NCBI GenBank assembly: GCA_032128375.1
Contig: JAQBGU010000012.1
Span: 1-64,000, forward strand
DNA from: Deltaproteobacteria bacterium
Lineage (GTDB): Bacteria > Myxococcota_A > UBA9160 > SMWR01
Reading direction: 5' to 3'
Length of the DNA: 64,000 bases
Part shown: positions 36,835 to 46,973 of the stretch, one piece after another
How the letters are laid out: each line of letters starts with the position of its first letter
Numbering within the stretch: position 1 is the stretch's first letter
Position numbers and translations under genes: made by a program
Notes under the pieces: model-generated
Seen by the model: the letters and a program-made list of their open reading frames with translations, nothing else
Databases searched by the model: none
Told to the model about the DNA's origin: nothing

Positions 36835-38016
36835 ATGAGTGCTGGCCACGCGGCAGAGCGGATGGCGGATTTCGATCTGACCGAAGAGCAACGCCTGATA
36901 CGCAGGGCCGTGCGAGAATTCGCCGAAAAAGAGATCGCGCCACACGTCGAGCGCTACGAACGCGAGGCTCGCTACCCGCTCGATTTGATCGCGAAGCTGG
37001 TTCCGCTTGGATACATCGCGCCGATGATCCCAGAGCAGTATGGGGGGTCGTTCACGGACGTGGGAGCCTACGGCGTGATCTGCGAAGAGCTGGCGCGTGT
37101 CGATTGGGTGGTCGCCTCGGTGGTCTCGGTGACGAATTCACTCGTGGGCGGTTCGATCCTGCGCCATGGGACCGACGCGCAGAAGGATCGCTGGCTGCCG
37201 CTGATGGCCACCGGAGATTGTCTGACGTCTGCTTGCCTGACCGAACCCGGCGGAGGCACCGACCTGGGCAACATGACCACCTCGGCCGTCAAGGTGGAAG
37301 GCGGTTACCGGTTGACCGGCACCAAAGTCTTCATCTCCCACGCGGCTCATGCGGGATTGTTCTTCGTGGCGGCGACGCTAGATCGCGCAAAAAAACACAA
37401 AGGCGTCACCGCATTTCTCGTGGATCCCGCTACCGAAGGCATTGCGATTGGTGAGTTTCCGATGCGCACACTCAAGCGCGACAACCTTGCCGAGGTGCAC
37501 TTCGACGGGGCGTTCGTTCCCGACGCGGGGCTGTTGGGCACCGAAGGGGGTGGCTTCCCCGTGCTGGGGTCGGCGCTCGACATGGGGCGCTACTCGGTCG
37601 CTGCGCGCTGTGTTGGGCAATCGCAAGCCTGCATCGACCTGGCGGTGAAGTACGCGACCGAGCGCGAAGCGTTCGGCCAGAAGATCGGCGAGTTCCAGAT
37701 GATCCAATCAAAAATCGCCGACATGATCTGCAGAACCGAGTCCGCGCGAGGCCTGGTGTACCGGCTGGGACGCATGAAGGACGCCGGTGTGGCGCGTGCC
37801 AGTATGGAGTCGTCTCTCGCCAAGCTGGTCGCAAGCGAAGCGGCAACCCAAAACGCACTGGATTCGATTCAGATCCACGGCGGCTATGGACTCACAGAAG
37901 AGTACACGGTGGGCCGTCTGCTGCTCGAAGCCAAGTCGCTCGAATTCGGCGAAGGAACGAGCGAACTGCACCGAAAATTGATCGCGGAATTTGCGCTCGG
38001 GATTCGCAAACAGTAG
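36835..38016 (+). CDS. Acyl-CoA dehydrogenase
   Basis: CLTEPGGGTD, GTKVFIS, REAFGQKIGEFQ, QIHGGYG, GEGTSE. Confidence 0.93.
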   Translation: MSAGHAAERMADFDLTEEQRLIRRAVREFAEKEIAPHVERYEREARYPLDLIAKLVPLGYIAPMIPEQYGGSFTDVGAYGVICEELARVDWVVASVVSVTNSLVGGSILRHGTDAQKDRWLPLMATGDCLTSACLTEPGGGTDLGNMTTSAVKVEGGYRLTGTKVFISHAAHAGLFFVAATLDRAKKHKGVTAFLVDPATEGIAIGEFPMRTLKRDNLAEVHFDGAFVPDAGLLGTEGGGFPVLGSALDMGRYSVAARCVGQSQACIDLAVKYATEREAFGQKIGEFQMIQSKIADMICRTESARGLVYRLGRMKDAGVARASMESSLAKLVASEAATQNALDSIQIHGGYGLTEEYTVGRLLLEAKSLEFGEGTSELHRKLIAEFALGIRKQ

Positions 38017-38074
38017 ATGGCCCTGAGTCGGGCCAATGGCCCGCTCGTGAAACACCGACTGACCGGAGGACGGA

Positions 38075-38626
38075 TTGGACAAAAGGCGTGACGAGCTGCT
38101 CGAGTTGATTCTCGAGGTCTCGTTCCGACGCGAGAAGGTCACGCTCGCGAGCGGAGCCGAGAGCGACTTCTATCTGGATTTGCGTCAGACGCTGATGCGT
38201 CCGCGTGGTATCGCGCTCGCGGGCTCGCTGATTTTCGATCGCCTCGAACGCGGAGCCTCCGTGCAGTCCGTCGGGGGTATGGCGGTGGGCGCAGTCCCGT
38301 TGGTTTCTGCGGTGCTGGCTGCCGCAGCGGCCAGCGATCACCAGACGCCGCTGTTGGGCTTTTTCGTGCGCAAAGAGACCAAGAAGCACGGGCTGGCAAA
38401 GCGCATCGAGGGTGCTTTCGAAAAGGGCCAGAGCGTCGCGCTGGTCGAGGACACCGTTACGACGGGTGGCTCGACGCTCGAGGCGCTGGATCTGGTCCAG
38501 GCCGCCGGCGGCCAAGTCGTGCGCGTGTTGTGCATCGTCGATCGCGGTGAGGGAGCGGCCGACGCCTTCGCTGCGCGCGGCCTGGAACTCGAAGCGATAT
38601 TCGGTCGTTCGGATCTGCCGGTCTGA
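38075..38626 (+). CDS. pyrE: Orotate phosphoribosyltransferase
   Basis: LASGAESDFYLD, VRKETKKHG, VEDTVTTGGS. Confidence 0.95.
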   Translation: MDKRRDELLELILEVSFRREKVTLASGAESDFYLDLRQTLMRPRGIALAGSLIFDRLERGASVQSVGGMAVGAVPLVSAVLAAAAASDHQTPLLGFFVRKETKKHGLAKRIEGAFEKGQSVALVEDTVTTGGSTLEALDLVQAAGGQVVRVLCIVDRGEGAADAFAARGLELEAIFGRSDLPV

Positions 38627-38740
38627 GCTCGCTGCCTGCAGCTGGCGCAAATCGGCCAATGCTTGATTGAACCCTGATCAGCGAACCCTTGTCGGCTGAA
38701 CAAGGGAGCCGGCTGAACAAGGGAGCCAAGGAGTGATCCC

Positions 38741-40243
38741 ATGCAGCTCAACCTCGGTTCGATCCTGGCCGGTAGCGCGAGTGAGCGTCCCGACAAAGTG
38801 GCCGTTCGATTAGGGGAACGCGCGATCACCTACCGCGCGCTAGACCGCGACGCGCGGGGGGTGGCGACCTCACTTCGCGACCGCGGTCTCGAGCCGGGTG
38901 ACAGAGTCGCACTCATGGTTCCGAATCTTCCCGAGTTCACGATCGCCTACTTCGGGATCCTGTATGCGGGTTGCATCGTCGTGCCGCTCAACGTGCTGCT
39001 GTCGGCTCCGGAGGTCGCCTATCATCTGCGGGATTCCGGCGCAGAACTATTGGTCGCGCATTCGACGTTCCGCGAGCCCGCGACCGAAGGGGCAAGGCAA
39101 GCGCGCGTTCCCGTCGCGTGGGCGGACGGCGAGCTCTCCGACACCACGCGACCTAGCATTGCGGCTATGGCGGCGGCGGAACCGATGGACACCGTTTCTG
39201 CGACGTCTCCCACCGACACAGCGGTGATCCTCTACACATCGGGTACGACCGGCAAGCCCAAGGGCGCCGAACTCACCCACTCGAATCTCTTTCTCAACTG
39301 CGCACAGGTCGTTCCACGCTTGATCCCAGTTGCCGACGATACGGTCATGCTGGCGACACTGCCGCTGTTTCATTCGTTCGGTCAGACCGTAGTTCAAAAC
39401 GGTTCGATCGCGTCGGGTGCCACCTTCACGCTGTTGCCGCGGTTCACGCCCGAAGAGGCGTTCGAGATCATGGAGCGCGATCGCGTCACGGTGTTCGCGG
39501 GTGTGCCGACGATGTATTTCGCGCTGCTCCACCACGTACCGGAACGCGCATTCGATCTATCCAGCCTGACGTACTGCATGTCAGGTGGCGCGCCGATGCC
39601 GGTCGATGTGATGCGGGCGTTCGAGGAAAAATTTCCGGTGGAGATCCTCGAGGGCTACGGGCTATCGGAGACCTCGCCCGTCGCGAGCTTCAACACGCTC
39701 GATCGGCCTCGAAAGCCCGGATCGATCGGGTACCCGGTCTGGGGTGTCGAGATGTGTATCCTCGACGATCAGGACCGGCCCATCGCCGACGGAGAGCGCG
39801 GTGAGATCTGCATCCGCGGTCACAACGTGATGAAGGGCTATCTGGGACGTCCCGATGAGACGCAGGAGACGCTGCGGGGAGGATGGTTCCACTCGGGCGA
39901 TATTGGGATCCGCGATACCGACGGTGCATTCGCGATCGTCGATCGCAAGAAAGACATGATCATCCGCGGCGGCTTCAACGTGTATCCGCGTGAGATCGAA
40001 GAAGTGCTATACGCCCACGAATCGATCATTGAAGCCGCGGTGATCGGCGTCCCGCACGCTAGACACGGAGAAGAAGTGAAGGCGGTGGTGGTCACGCACC
40101 CCGGCGCCCGGGTGACGACCGAAGAACTGATCGCTTACTGCAAAGAGCGACTGGCTGCCTACAAGTATCCGCGTATCGTCGAGTTCTCGGAAGGCCTACC
40201 GAAAGGGCCTACCGGCAAGATCTTGAAACGCGAATTGAGTTGA
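38741..40243 (+). CDS. Long-chain fatty acid-CoA ligase
   Basis: YTSGTTGKPKG, EGYGLSETSP, SGDIG, DRKKDMIIRGG, GKILK. Confidence 0.93.
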   Translation: MQLNLGSILAGSASERPDKVAVRLGERAITYRALDRDARGVATSLRDRGLEPGDRVALMVPNLPEFTIAYFGILYAGCIVVPLNVLLSAPEVAYHLRDSGAELLVAHSTFREPATEGARQARVPVAWADGELSDTTRPSIAAMAAAEPMDTVSATSPTDTAVILYTSGTTGKPKGAELTHSNLFLNCAQVVPRLIPVADDTVMLATLPLFHSFGQTVVQNGSIASGATFTLLPRFTPEEAFEIMERDRVTVFAGVPTMYFALLHHVPERAFDLSSLTYCMSGGAPMPVDVMRAFEEKFPVEILEGYGLSETSPVASFNTLDRPRKPGSIGYPVWGVEMCILDDQDRPIADGERGEICIRGHNVMKGYLGRPDETQETLRGGWFHSGDIGIRDTDGAFAIVDRKKDMIIRGGFNVYPREIEEVLYAHESIIEAAVIGVPHARHGEEVKAVVVTHPGARVTTEELIAYCKERLAAYKYPRIVEFSEGLPKGPTGKILKRELS

Positions 40244-40280
40244 ATGTGCGGATATGGGAGATGGATACCGCTAGCGTCCG

Positions 40281-41297
40281 TCAGGCCTGTCGTGTGCCGA
40301 ACAGGTCGAGCATTGCCGCGAGGTTACTTTCCATTCGTTCGGGTGGAACACCGACCGATGGGGCGTACAAGATCGGTTGATCGGTGAGATCAGACCATTG
40401 TTTCAGCCGGTCATTGGCTTCGTCTGGTGTGCAGGCGATCGCGATCTCGTCGACGAGTTCATCGGGTATCGCTTCTGACATCGCTTTGATATCGAACTTG
40501 CGCAGCGCGGCCTGACACGCGGCGCCGACGTCGCCAAGGCCGTGAAGGTCCAGGATCGGGTGATACAGCTTGGTGGTGAAGTAGAAGCCAATCTGGTTCT
40601 TGGCGTCGCGTATCGCGAGGTCGCGATCTTCTTGGATGGAGGTCATGACGTACGGTGCGAGCGCACACGCGCCGGCCTCGCGTCCGGCCTTTTGCTCTGC
40701 TTCGCGTAAACCTGGCAATGTGACTTCTCTGTGCCAGCTTCGCGTCGCGATCGGGTGTCCAACCAGACCATCGGCGACACTGCCCGCGGTTGCCACCATG
40801 CCGCGGTTGACCGCCGCGATCCAGATCGGGATGTCGCTGCGGGCGGCGTTTGGTCGCGAATAGATGGGCACGTTGATGTTCCAGTGCTCCCCCTCCCAGC
40901 GGAACCCGCCGCCCCCTTGCGCGGCAAAGGTTGCCCTGAGCAGGCGAACCAGTTCGTGCATGCGCCGCGCAGGCGCCGACCAGTCGACATCGAACCAGTC
41001 CTGATTCATGCGCCGCGTCGCGCTGCCGAGGCCCAGTACCATCCTGCCGCCCGACAATTCGTCGAGGTCCATCGCTGCGCTGGCATGCAGCAAGGGGCTG
41101 CGCGTAAAGGCGTTGGCGATTGCGGTCCCAATCCGAACTCGCTCGGTACTCTGAGCGATCGCGCCAAGTGGCACATACCCATGCCGGTTGAAAAATTCGA
41201 TGGTGTAGACACCGTCGAAGCCCGCCCGCTCGGCGCGCACCGCCAGCTCAACATCGCCGCGAACGCTTCCCGCGGTCAAAATCAATCCGATGCGCAT
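40281..41297 (-). CDS. LLM-class flavin/F420-dependent oxidoreductase
   Basis: AERAGFD, IGTAI, LDELSGGRMVLGLG, PIWIAA; start re-called to MRIGLI. Confidence 0.88.
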   Translation of the reverse strand: MRIGLILTAGSVRGDVELAVRAERAGFDGVYTIEFFNRHGYVPLGAIAQSTERVRIGTAIANAFTRSPLLHASAAMDLDELSGGRMVLGLGSATRRMNQDWFDVDWSAPARRMHELVRLLRATFAAQGGGGFRWEGEHWNINVPIYSRPNAARSDIPIWIAAVNRGMVATAGSVADGLVGHPIATRSWHREVTLPGLREAEQKAGREAGACALAPYVMTSIQEDRDLAIRDAKNQIGFYFTTKLYHPILDLHGLGDVGAACQAALRKFDIKAMSEAIPDELVDEIAIACTPDEANDRLKQWSDLTDQPILYAPSVGVPPERMESNLAAMLDLFGTRQA

Positions 41298-41606
41298 ATC
41301 GTCCCCCGGCATGATGGTTCGCAGGGGCGCGATTATAGAAGGGGATTCAGAGATGACCCAAACGGTCGAACACGGGTTCGAAAATGCGTGACTTGTCTGA
41401 TTGAATCCTTCATAATCCGATGGGTTTTTACCCCACTTTGTCGGGTTTTCTTCACTGAATTCACCCCGCAGAGCCGGTGCGATACGTTCGTACTGCGGGG
41501 TGCAGACTCGAAGACACACCGAATCAGGCGCGCCGGATTGTCACGGTGCGAGTACTTGTGGAACCCACTACTCACGTTACCAACAGCGAAATTGCAGGAG
41601 CTCCAG

Positions 41607-44600
41607 ATGGAGAAGTCAACTAGCGGATTGCCGGGTCGAACGGATCCGACCCGAGTGCGATCGAATGGGGCTTCGCTGCAGTGGGCTTCGCTCGAGCGGG
41701 CTTCGCTTTCGCCGGCGACCTTCCGGTGGATGCTTGTCATCGGTCTTGCCGTCACGCTGTCGACCCCGCAATCGGCACAGGCTGTGCTCGACATCCTGGT
41801 CAACGAGACCGGCAAGCTGAGTCTTTCGGCGGACGGAGCGGGCAGCACGGCCGTATCCACGACGATTCAGGTCGAAAAACCGAATGCCGCCGCAAGCGTC
41901 CGATCCGCCTTTCTGAGTTGTGCCTCACTCGGGGGCCGAGTCATCAGCCATGGCGACATCTCTCTGGACACCAATCCCGTCAACTTCTCTGCGAGCGTCA
42001 TTGCCGACAGCCCGTTCGCATTCAACAACGTTTTCGGAGAAGTCACTGCCTTCGTCAAGCCACGGGTCGATGCTGCACCCCCGGGTCTCGTGAGTTTCGA
42101 ACAATCAGAAGTTGCGTCGTCCACGATCGATGGGTGCGCGCTCTATGTGATCTTCGATAATCCAAGTGCGCCCGACAGCACCATATTCGTTCTGTTCGGG
42201 TCCCAGACCTCTACTGGCGACTCATTCGATGTCACACTGGCCGAGCCGCTGGACCCCGAAAACGACACAGCCGAGATGGGTTTGGCGATATCGTTCAGCT
42301 TCCAGGGTTCCATGGTCAGCTCGCTTGACGTCAACGGAACGCGGTTGACGAGTTCCGCGGGCGGACAGGACGACGGAGCAGGCACGGACGGCGCGTTGAT
42401 TACTGTCGGTGGAATTGGTGACACCAACGAGAACCCACCGCCGCTCGTCGAATTCCCCAGCAGTTCGAGATTCGATGACGAACTCTACAACCTGTTGCCG
42501 TTCGTGGGATCCGGTGAGACGTCCATTCGAATCGACACCCGGAATCCCAGCAACGACGACAACATCTTTGCCGGGCATATGGTGTTTTCCGGTCTGGGAA
42601 TCGAAGGCGAGGGAATCTTGCTGGCACCGCGCGACGCGGCGAATTTGATCGGAACCAGCGACGCCATTACTGCGACCGTCGTAAACGATAGTGGTGTCCA
42701 GGTCGCCGGACGCTTGGTTGATTTTCGTGTCGACTCCGGTCCGAATGCGGGTCAGACCAGCGATCCCGGACAAGGAGAGTGCGCGCCCAACAGCGATTGC
42801 ACGACGGACACCGCCGGACGCGTGACCTGGACCTACACGAGTAACGGAATCGCAGGTACGGATGTCATCACGGCCACGTTTACCACCAACCAGGGCGCCC
42901 CACTGACGTCGAGCCCCGCGACGAAGTTGTGGCTTGTTACCGCCGGGGCCACACTTGTGGTCGATCCGATCGAAGGAGATGAAAATCCGATCACGGAGAT
43001 CAATAACGCGCTGTTCGCACCTTCCGGAGGAATTTCGATCGTCGCCGAAAGTGAAGTTTTCGTCGGCCGCGTTGGTGATGGCGTGGACCACAACACCGCT
43101 CAGTCGGCAACTTACACTGACTTCAGCCTGGTCAGCGGCCTGCAGGTACCGACACCCAGCCTGGCTCTCCCGAACGGAATCTTGTTGACCTCGGGGAACG
43201 CCAATATTTTGAGTACGAACACCTCCGAAGATTTTCAAGGGGTTACGAACACCGGCGGCGACGCTGAGGCGGCTGCCATTCTCGAGGCCAACGAGCTGAC
43301 CTCGAACCTGGCGGACGTCAATTCCTACTCTTTCGAGTTTACGGTCCCCGAAGGCATCGACGCAGTTTCTGCGAACTTCGTGTTCGGTAGCGAGGAATTC
43401 CCCACCACACCGTTTACCGACTTCTTTCTGTTCATTGTCGACGGCGTCAATTACGCCAGATTCGCAGATGAGAGCCTGGTCGCATTCCAAGACGGCGTCA
43501 ACGAAGACAACTTCAACAACAACGACTTCAACAACCCCGCACCCAACTATCCGATCGAATACGACGGGCTCTCGAACGTATTGTTGGCAATCGGTCAACT
43601 GAACCCGAAGATCTCGACCCATACCCTGAAGATCATCGTCGGCGACACGGGCGATGGGGAGAGTTCGGATCCGAATCTCGACAGTGCCGTGTTTATCGGC
43701 GGTCTTCGCGCCTGTGAATTCGGAGTGAACTGCGCGAGTGGCCCACCGGTAGTCGACAACAATGATCCCGAATGCGTTTCATTGTCGGTGGACGGGTCGC
43801 AAGGTTTCGGGTTCGCAACCGACAACGCCCCGAGCGAAGACAGCAACGGGAACGGTTTTCTCGACCCCGGCGAGGACGCAAACGAAAACGGCTTGATCGA
43901 CGTTGATTCCGGTATCGCGACGGTCGCACTCGTTGGAGAGTCTTCGAATCTCACGGTGAATTTCAGTCCGGTTTTTTCGGTCGGGGATCCTGACGCGAGT
44001 TTCGTGGTGGAGCTCGTGAACGCGAATTTGCCCGGGGACGGAACCGTCAGCGTGACCGACGATGCTGGCAACGCCTGTGTGTACGACAACATCGTCATCG
44101 CCGCGGTTTGTGTTCCCGACGTGGTGTGCAACACCGGCCTCGACGGAGTGTGTGCCGACGGGGTCACCTCTTGCGACGAGACGGGGATCTCGACTTGCGT
44201 GGCCACGACACAGCCCGGAGAGTTGGCGGAGGTTTGCGACTCCGCCGACAACAATTGCGACGGCGCGGTCGATGAAGGCCTCGATGTGATCACCACTTGT
44301 GGTGCGGGCCTGTGCGCCGCATCGGGCGTCATTTCCTGCGTAGAAGGCAGTGAGCAGCCCGACACATGTGAACCGGTCGCGGGTGTGGTCGCACAGACCA
44401 GTTGTGGTGCCGACCGATGTGTCTCATCTGGGATAGTCGCCTGCATCGATGGCACACAGCAGCCCGATACATGCCGGCCATTCAGGGGTGTGGTCGAGCG
44501 GACAGAATGTGGTGTCGGTCAGTGTGCCTCCTTTGGTGTAATCGCGTGCGATGGGGGTGCGGAGCAGCTGGATACGTGTGTCGCAGGCGACCCGGGCCCG

Positions 44601-46109
44601 GAGATTTGCGACGACCTCGACAACAATTGCAACGATTCCATCGACGAGTGCTGCCCCTCTAGCGAGTCCGGCACGGAGGGCTGCCCCGTATGTTCCGATC
44701 TGCTCCTGGTCGAAGGGTCCGAAACCGAGTACATGGGCACAGCGACCGACACGGACGGGATCTTGTTCGTCGCGGCGCCGTCCGAGAGCAACCTGACAGT
44801 GATGCCACACTTCGTTCCGGGCGACTCGATAGCTGAGTTCACTGTCGGAATCGACGATATGAACTCCCCGGCAGGCGGTGTCCTCGCGGCGATCGACACC
44901 GACCAACTCGTGTGCTTCTTCGATCCGGTGGACTTCCCCACCGCGGTCGGCGGCGGCACCACATCAACCTGGAGTGAGGGTGTTCGACTCGCCGGCAATC
45001 TCGCCTACGTGCTGGACGAAGTCGATGGGCTCAGCATTTTCGATCTTGCGAACCTGGAATCTTCCGGCCACCAGCTGCTCGGAACCCTGCAGACAAACAC
45101 GACTCAGTGTCCGAACGGGGTATTCTACGACGATCTGGATGTGCGGGGGACGACTGTGATCATCGCCGGCGGAATCTGCGGCCTGATCATCGCCGACGTT
45201 TCTGATCCCGCTGAGCCGTTCGTGATCGCGACGCTCGACACGATGGGCGAGGCGGAAGACGCCATCTTCGGGAGTAACGGTAGGGTGTATGTGGCGGACT
45301 TCTTCCGTGGGCTGGTCGTAGTCGATGTGTCGAATACCAGCGAACCGACAGTGATCGCAGTCGTGGAAACGTCCAATTCTTTCTCGGCTGTGTCGGCCTT
45401 CGGTGAGCAGTCCCTTCCGTTGCTCGGTTCACCCGTTTCGTTGTTCGCGGACGAAGATCGAAATCTATTGCACGTAGCGACAACGCGAGGCCTTTTCATC
45501 ATCGATATCGACCCGGCGAGACCGGGCTTCCCGGTCATCGGCTCGTTCGATGCGAACCCCGACGACGGTGCGAGTCAACAGCAACGAAATGCGCGGACTC
45601 CACAGGATGTCGTTAGCGCAGGTGACTTCGCGTATCTCTCGGTCGCTCAAGCGGGCCTGTTGATCATCGACGTCAGTAACCCGTCGAATCCACAACCGGT
45701 CGGCAATCCCGTCACGACCGTCCAGATTTTCTACAAGCTGTCGATTTCCGAATCGCGGTTGTTTGTCGGCGAAGGATCTTGCGGAGTTGCGGTCTTCCAG
45801 ATCGTCGGTTCGGAACTTCGCGAAGTGCTCGGGAGCCCGTTTCCCATCGAGGGCTCCGCGGTCGATTGTTCCAATCCCAGTGTGTCCGATACGTTTGCAT
45901 GGTCGCTCGACGAACTGTCGGGAAGAGTCATTGTCGGCACGGGCATCCTTTCGCCGGGGTCCGGTGGATTCCAATTCATCGACTTCACGGAGTCGCTGGG
46001 AATGCCGGTCCCGGAGCCGGACAGCCAGTGGATGTTCGCAGTCGCGATCGCGAGCCTCGTGGCACTCCGACGACGGCGGAACGCGGCGGCTGGCAGAAGG
46101 CGAGGCTAA
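41607..46109 (+). CDS. Large mosaic surface protein (~1500 aa) with PEP-CTERM sorting signal
   Basis: ATG after AGGAG; signal ending AQA; Ig-like unit; GILLTSG...FGSEE...IEYDG...DSAVFI domain; Cys-rich DNNCDG repeats; LVIVD-type repeats; VPEP-TM-RRRR tail. Confidence 0.85.
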   Translation: MEKSTSGLPGRTDPTRVRSNGASLQWASLERASLSPATFRWMLVIGLAVTLSTPQSAQAVLDILVNETGKLSLSADGAGSTAVSTTIQVEKPNAAASVRSAFLSCASLGGRVISHGDISLDTNPVNFSASVIADSPFAFNNVFGEVTAFVKPRVDAAPPGLVSFEQSEVASSTIDGCALYVIFDNPSAPDSTIFVLFGSQTSTGDSFDVTLAEPLDPENDTAEMGLAISFSFQGSMVSSLDVNGTRLTSSAGGQDDGAGTDGALITVGGIGDTNENPPPLVEFPSSSRFDDELYNLLPFVGSGETSIRIDTRNPSNDDNIFAGHMVFSGLGIEGEGILLAPRDAANLIGTSDAITATVVNDSGVQVAGRLVDFRVDSGPNAGQTSDPGQGECAPNSDCTTDTAGRVTWTYTSNGIAGTDVITATFTTNQGAPLTSSPATKLWLVTAGATLVVDPIEGDENPITEINNALFAPSGGISIVAESEVFVGRVGDGVDHNTAQSATYTDFSLVSGLQVPTPSLALPNGILLTSGNANILSTNTSEDFQGVTNTGGDAEAAAILEANELTSNLADVNSYSFEFTVPEGIDAVSANFVFGSEEFPTTPFTDFFLFIVDGVNYARFADESLVAFQDGVNEDNFNNNDFNNPAPNYPIEYDGLSNVLLAIGQLNPKISTHTLKIIVGDTGDGESSDPNLDSAVFIGGLRACEFGVNCASGPPVVDNNDPECVSLSVDGSQGFGFATDNAPSEDSNGNGFLDPGEDANENGLIDVDSGIATVALVGESSNLTVNFSPVFSVGDPDASFVVELVNANLPGDGTVSVTDDAGNACVYDNIVIAAVCVPDVVCNTGLDGVCADGVTSCDETGISTCVATTQPGELAEVCDSADNNCDGAVDEGLDVITTCGAGLCAASGVISCVEGSEQPDTCEPVAGVVAQTSCGADRCVSSGIVACIDGTQQPDTCRPFRGVVERTECGVGQCASFGVIACDGGAEQLDTCVAGDPGPEICDDLDNNCNDSIDECCPSSESGTEGCPVCSDLLLVEGSETEYMGTATDTDGILFVAAPSESNLTVMPHFVPGDSIAEFTVGIDDMNSPAGGVLAAIDTDQLVCFFDPVDFPTAVGGGTTSTWSEGVRLAGNLAYVLDEVDGLSIFDLANLESSGHQLLGTLQTNTTQCPNGVFYDDLDVRGTTVIIAGGICGLIIADVSDPAEPFVIATLDTMGEAEDAIFGSNGRVYVADFFRGLVVVDVSNTSEPTVIAVVETSNSFSAVSAFGEQSLPLLGSPVSLFADEDRNLLHVATTRGLFIIDIDPARPGFPVIGSFDANPDDGASQQQRNARTPQDVVSAGDFAYLSVAQAGLLIIDVSNPSNPQPVGNPVTTVQIFYKLSISESRLFVGEGSCGVAVFQIVGSELREVLGSPFPIEGSAVDCSNPSVSDTFAWSLDELSGRVIVGTGILSPGSGGFQFIDFTESLGMPVPEPDSQWMFAVAIASLVALRRRRNAAAGRRRG

Positions 46110-46209
46110 ACGCGTCGGGAAGCAAAGCTGGATACGTGCCGAATGCGGCGCTGGGCGGACAGCGAGACTGCGCGTCTCCTAGCGACGCGTGGACCGAAGC
46201 GCGGGTCGG

Positions 46210-46722
46210 CTATTCGATGTATCCCAGGCTCCGCAACATCTCGAGTTCAGCGGGGTCGGAACCCGCGCTCGCAGAATCTCCGATCATCTTGGCGATGATC
46301 GGGCTATCGGGATAACGCTTCGCGCCGAGATCGAGCACCTCGATCGCAGTCGCACCGTCGCCGGCAGTCTTGAGCTGGTGGGCGGTCGCTGTGTACTCGG
46401 TTGCCGGGATGAAGTCAGCGTAATCGGCCCCGAGACGAATGAGCAATTCCTTGGTTTGCAAGCCGTGGCCGGCGCGCGCATGTGCTTCCAGAAGAACCAA
46501 CTCCAGTCCCCAAACGGTCGTGGCTTCACCACCCGCCGCCAACCCGTCTTGTGCGGCCGCGATCGCGGCGTCATAAGCGCCGTCGGCCAGGTCGCTTCGC
46601 GCATCGACCAAGTGGTCTACGCCCGGCTTTCCGCATCCCGTCGGGGACAGAGCCACCGCGAGTGCCAACAGTAGTTTCAAAGACTTGCGGACGGTTCTTG
46701 CGTATTGGGGGATTTTCGCCAT
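46210..46722 (-). CDS. Putative TPR-like lipoprotein ending LRSLGYIE
   Basis: Basic N-region plus hydrophobic stretch plus PTG-C; helical Ala/Leu pattern; C-terminus PAELEMLRSLGYIE. Confidence 0.7.
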   Translation of the reverse strand: MAKIPQYARTVRKSLKLLLALAVALSPTGCGKPGVDHLVDARSDLADGAYDAAIAAAQDGLAAGGEATTVWGLELVLLEAHARAGHGLQTKELLIRLGADYADFIPATEYTATAHQLKTAGDGATAIEVLDLGAKRYPDSPIIAKMIGDSASAGSDPAELEMLRSLGYIE

Positions 46723-46973
46723 TGGAAATCCTCGAATTCCTGAAGCGACAAGTTCTCTTGTTTGAAACATTCCAAGCAAAGTCGGCGACTTACCCTAGCC
46801 GTGTCGGCTGTTTGCCGCATCGTGTTCACGCGTAGTGTTCTACTCTAGGCGCGGCGGGTTTCGTCCGAAAACCGGGGAATCGGGCCCTCGCTGCCGCATT
46901 CTCCCATTCTTGTTGGTCTCGTTGGCCTGGTTGGCGAGTGGCCAACGAATAGTTGGCTCAGTCGGGTTGAAGT

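Noticed and set aside
40731..41606. N-terminal 292 aa of the 1792-aa ORF
   Set aside because: Largely antisense to the LLM gene; the RBS and signal peptide support a start at 41607
42222..43622. Long antisense ORFs (also 7021-8133, 8722-9669, 55587-57023) and same-strand off-frame 29069-30046
   Set aside because: Typical stop-poor shadows of GC-rich genes; no motifs
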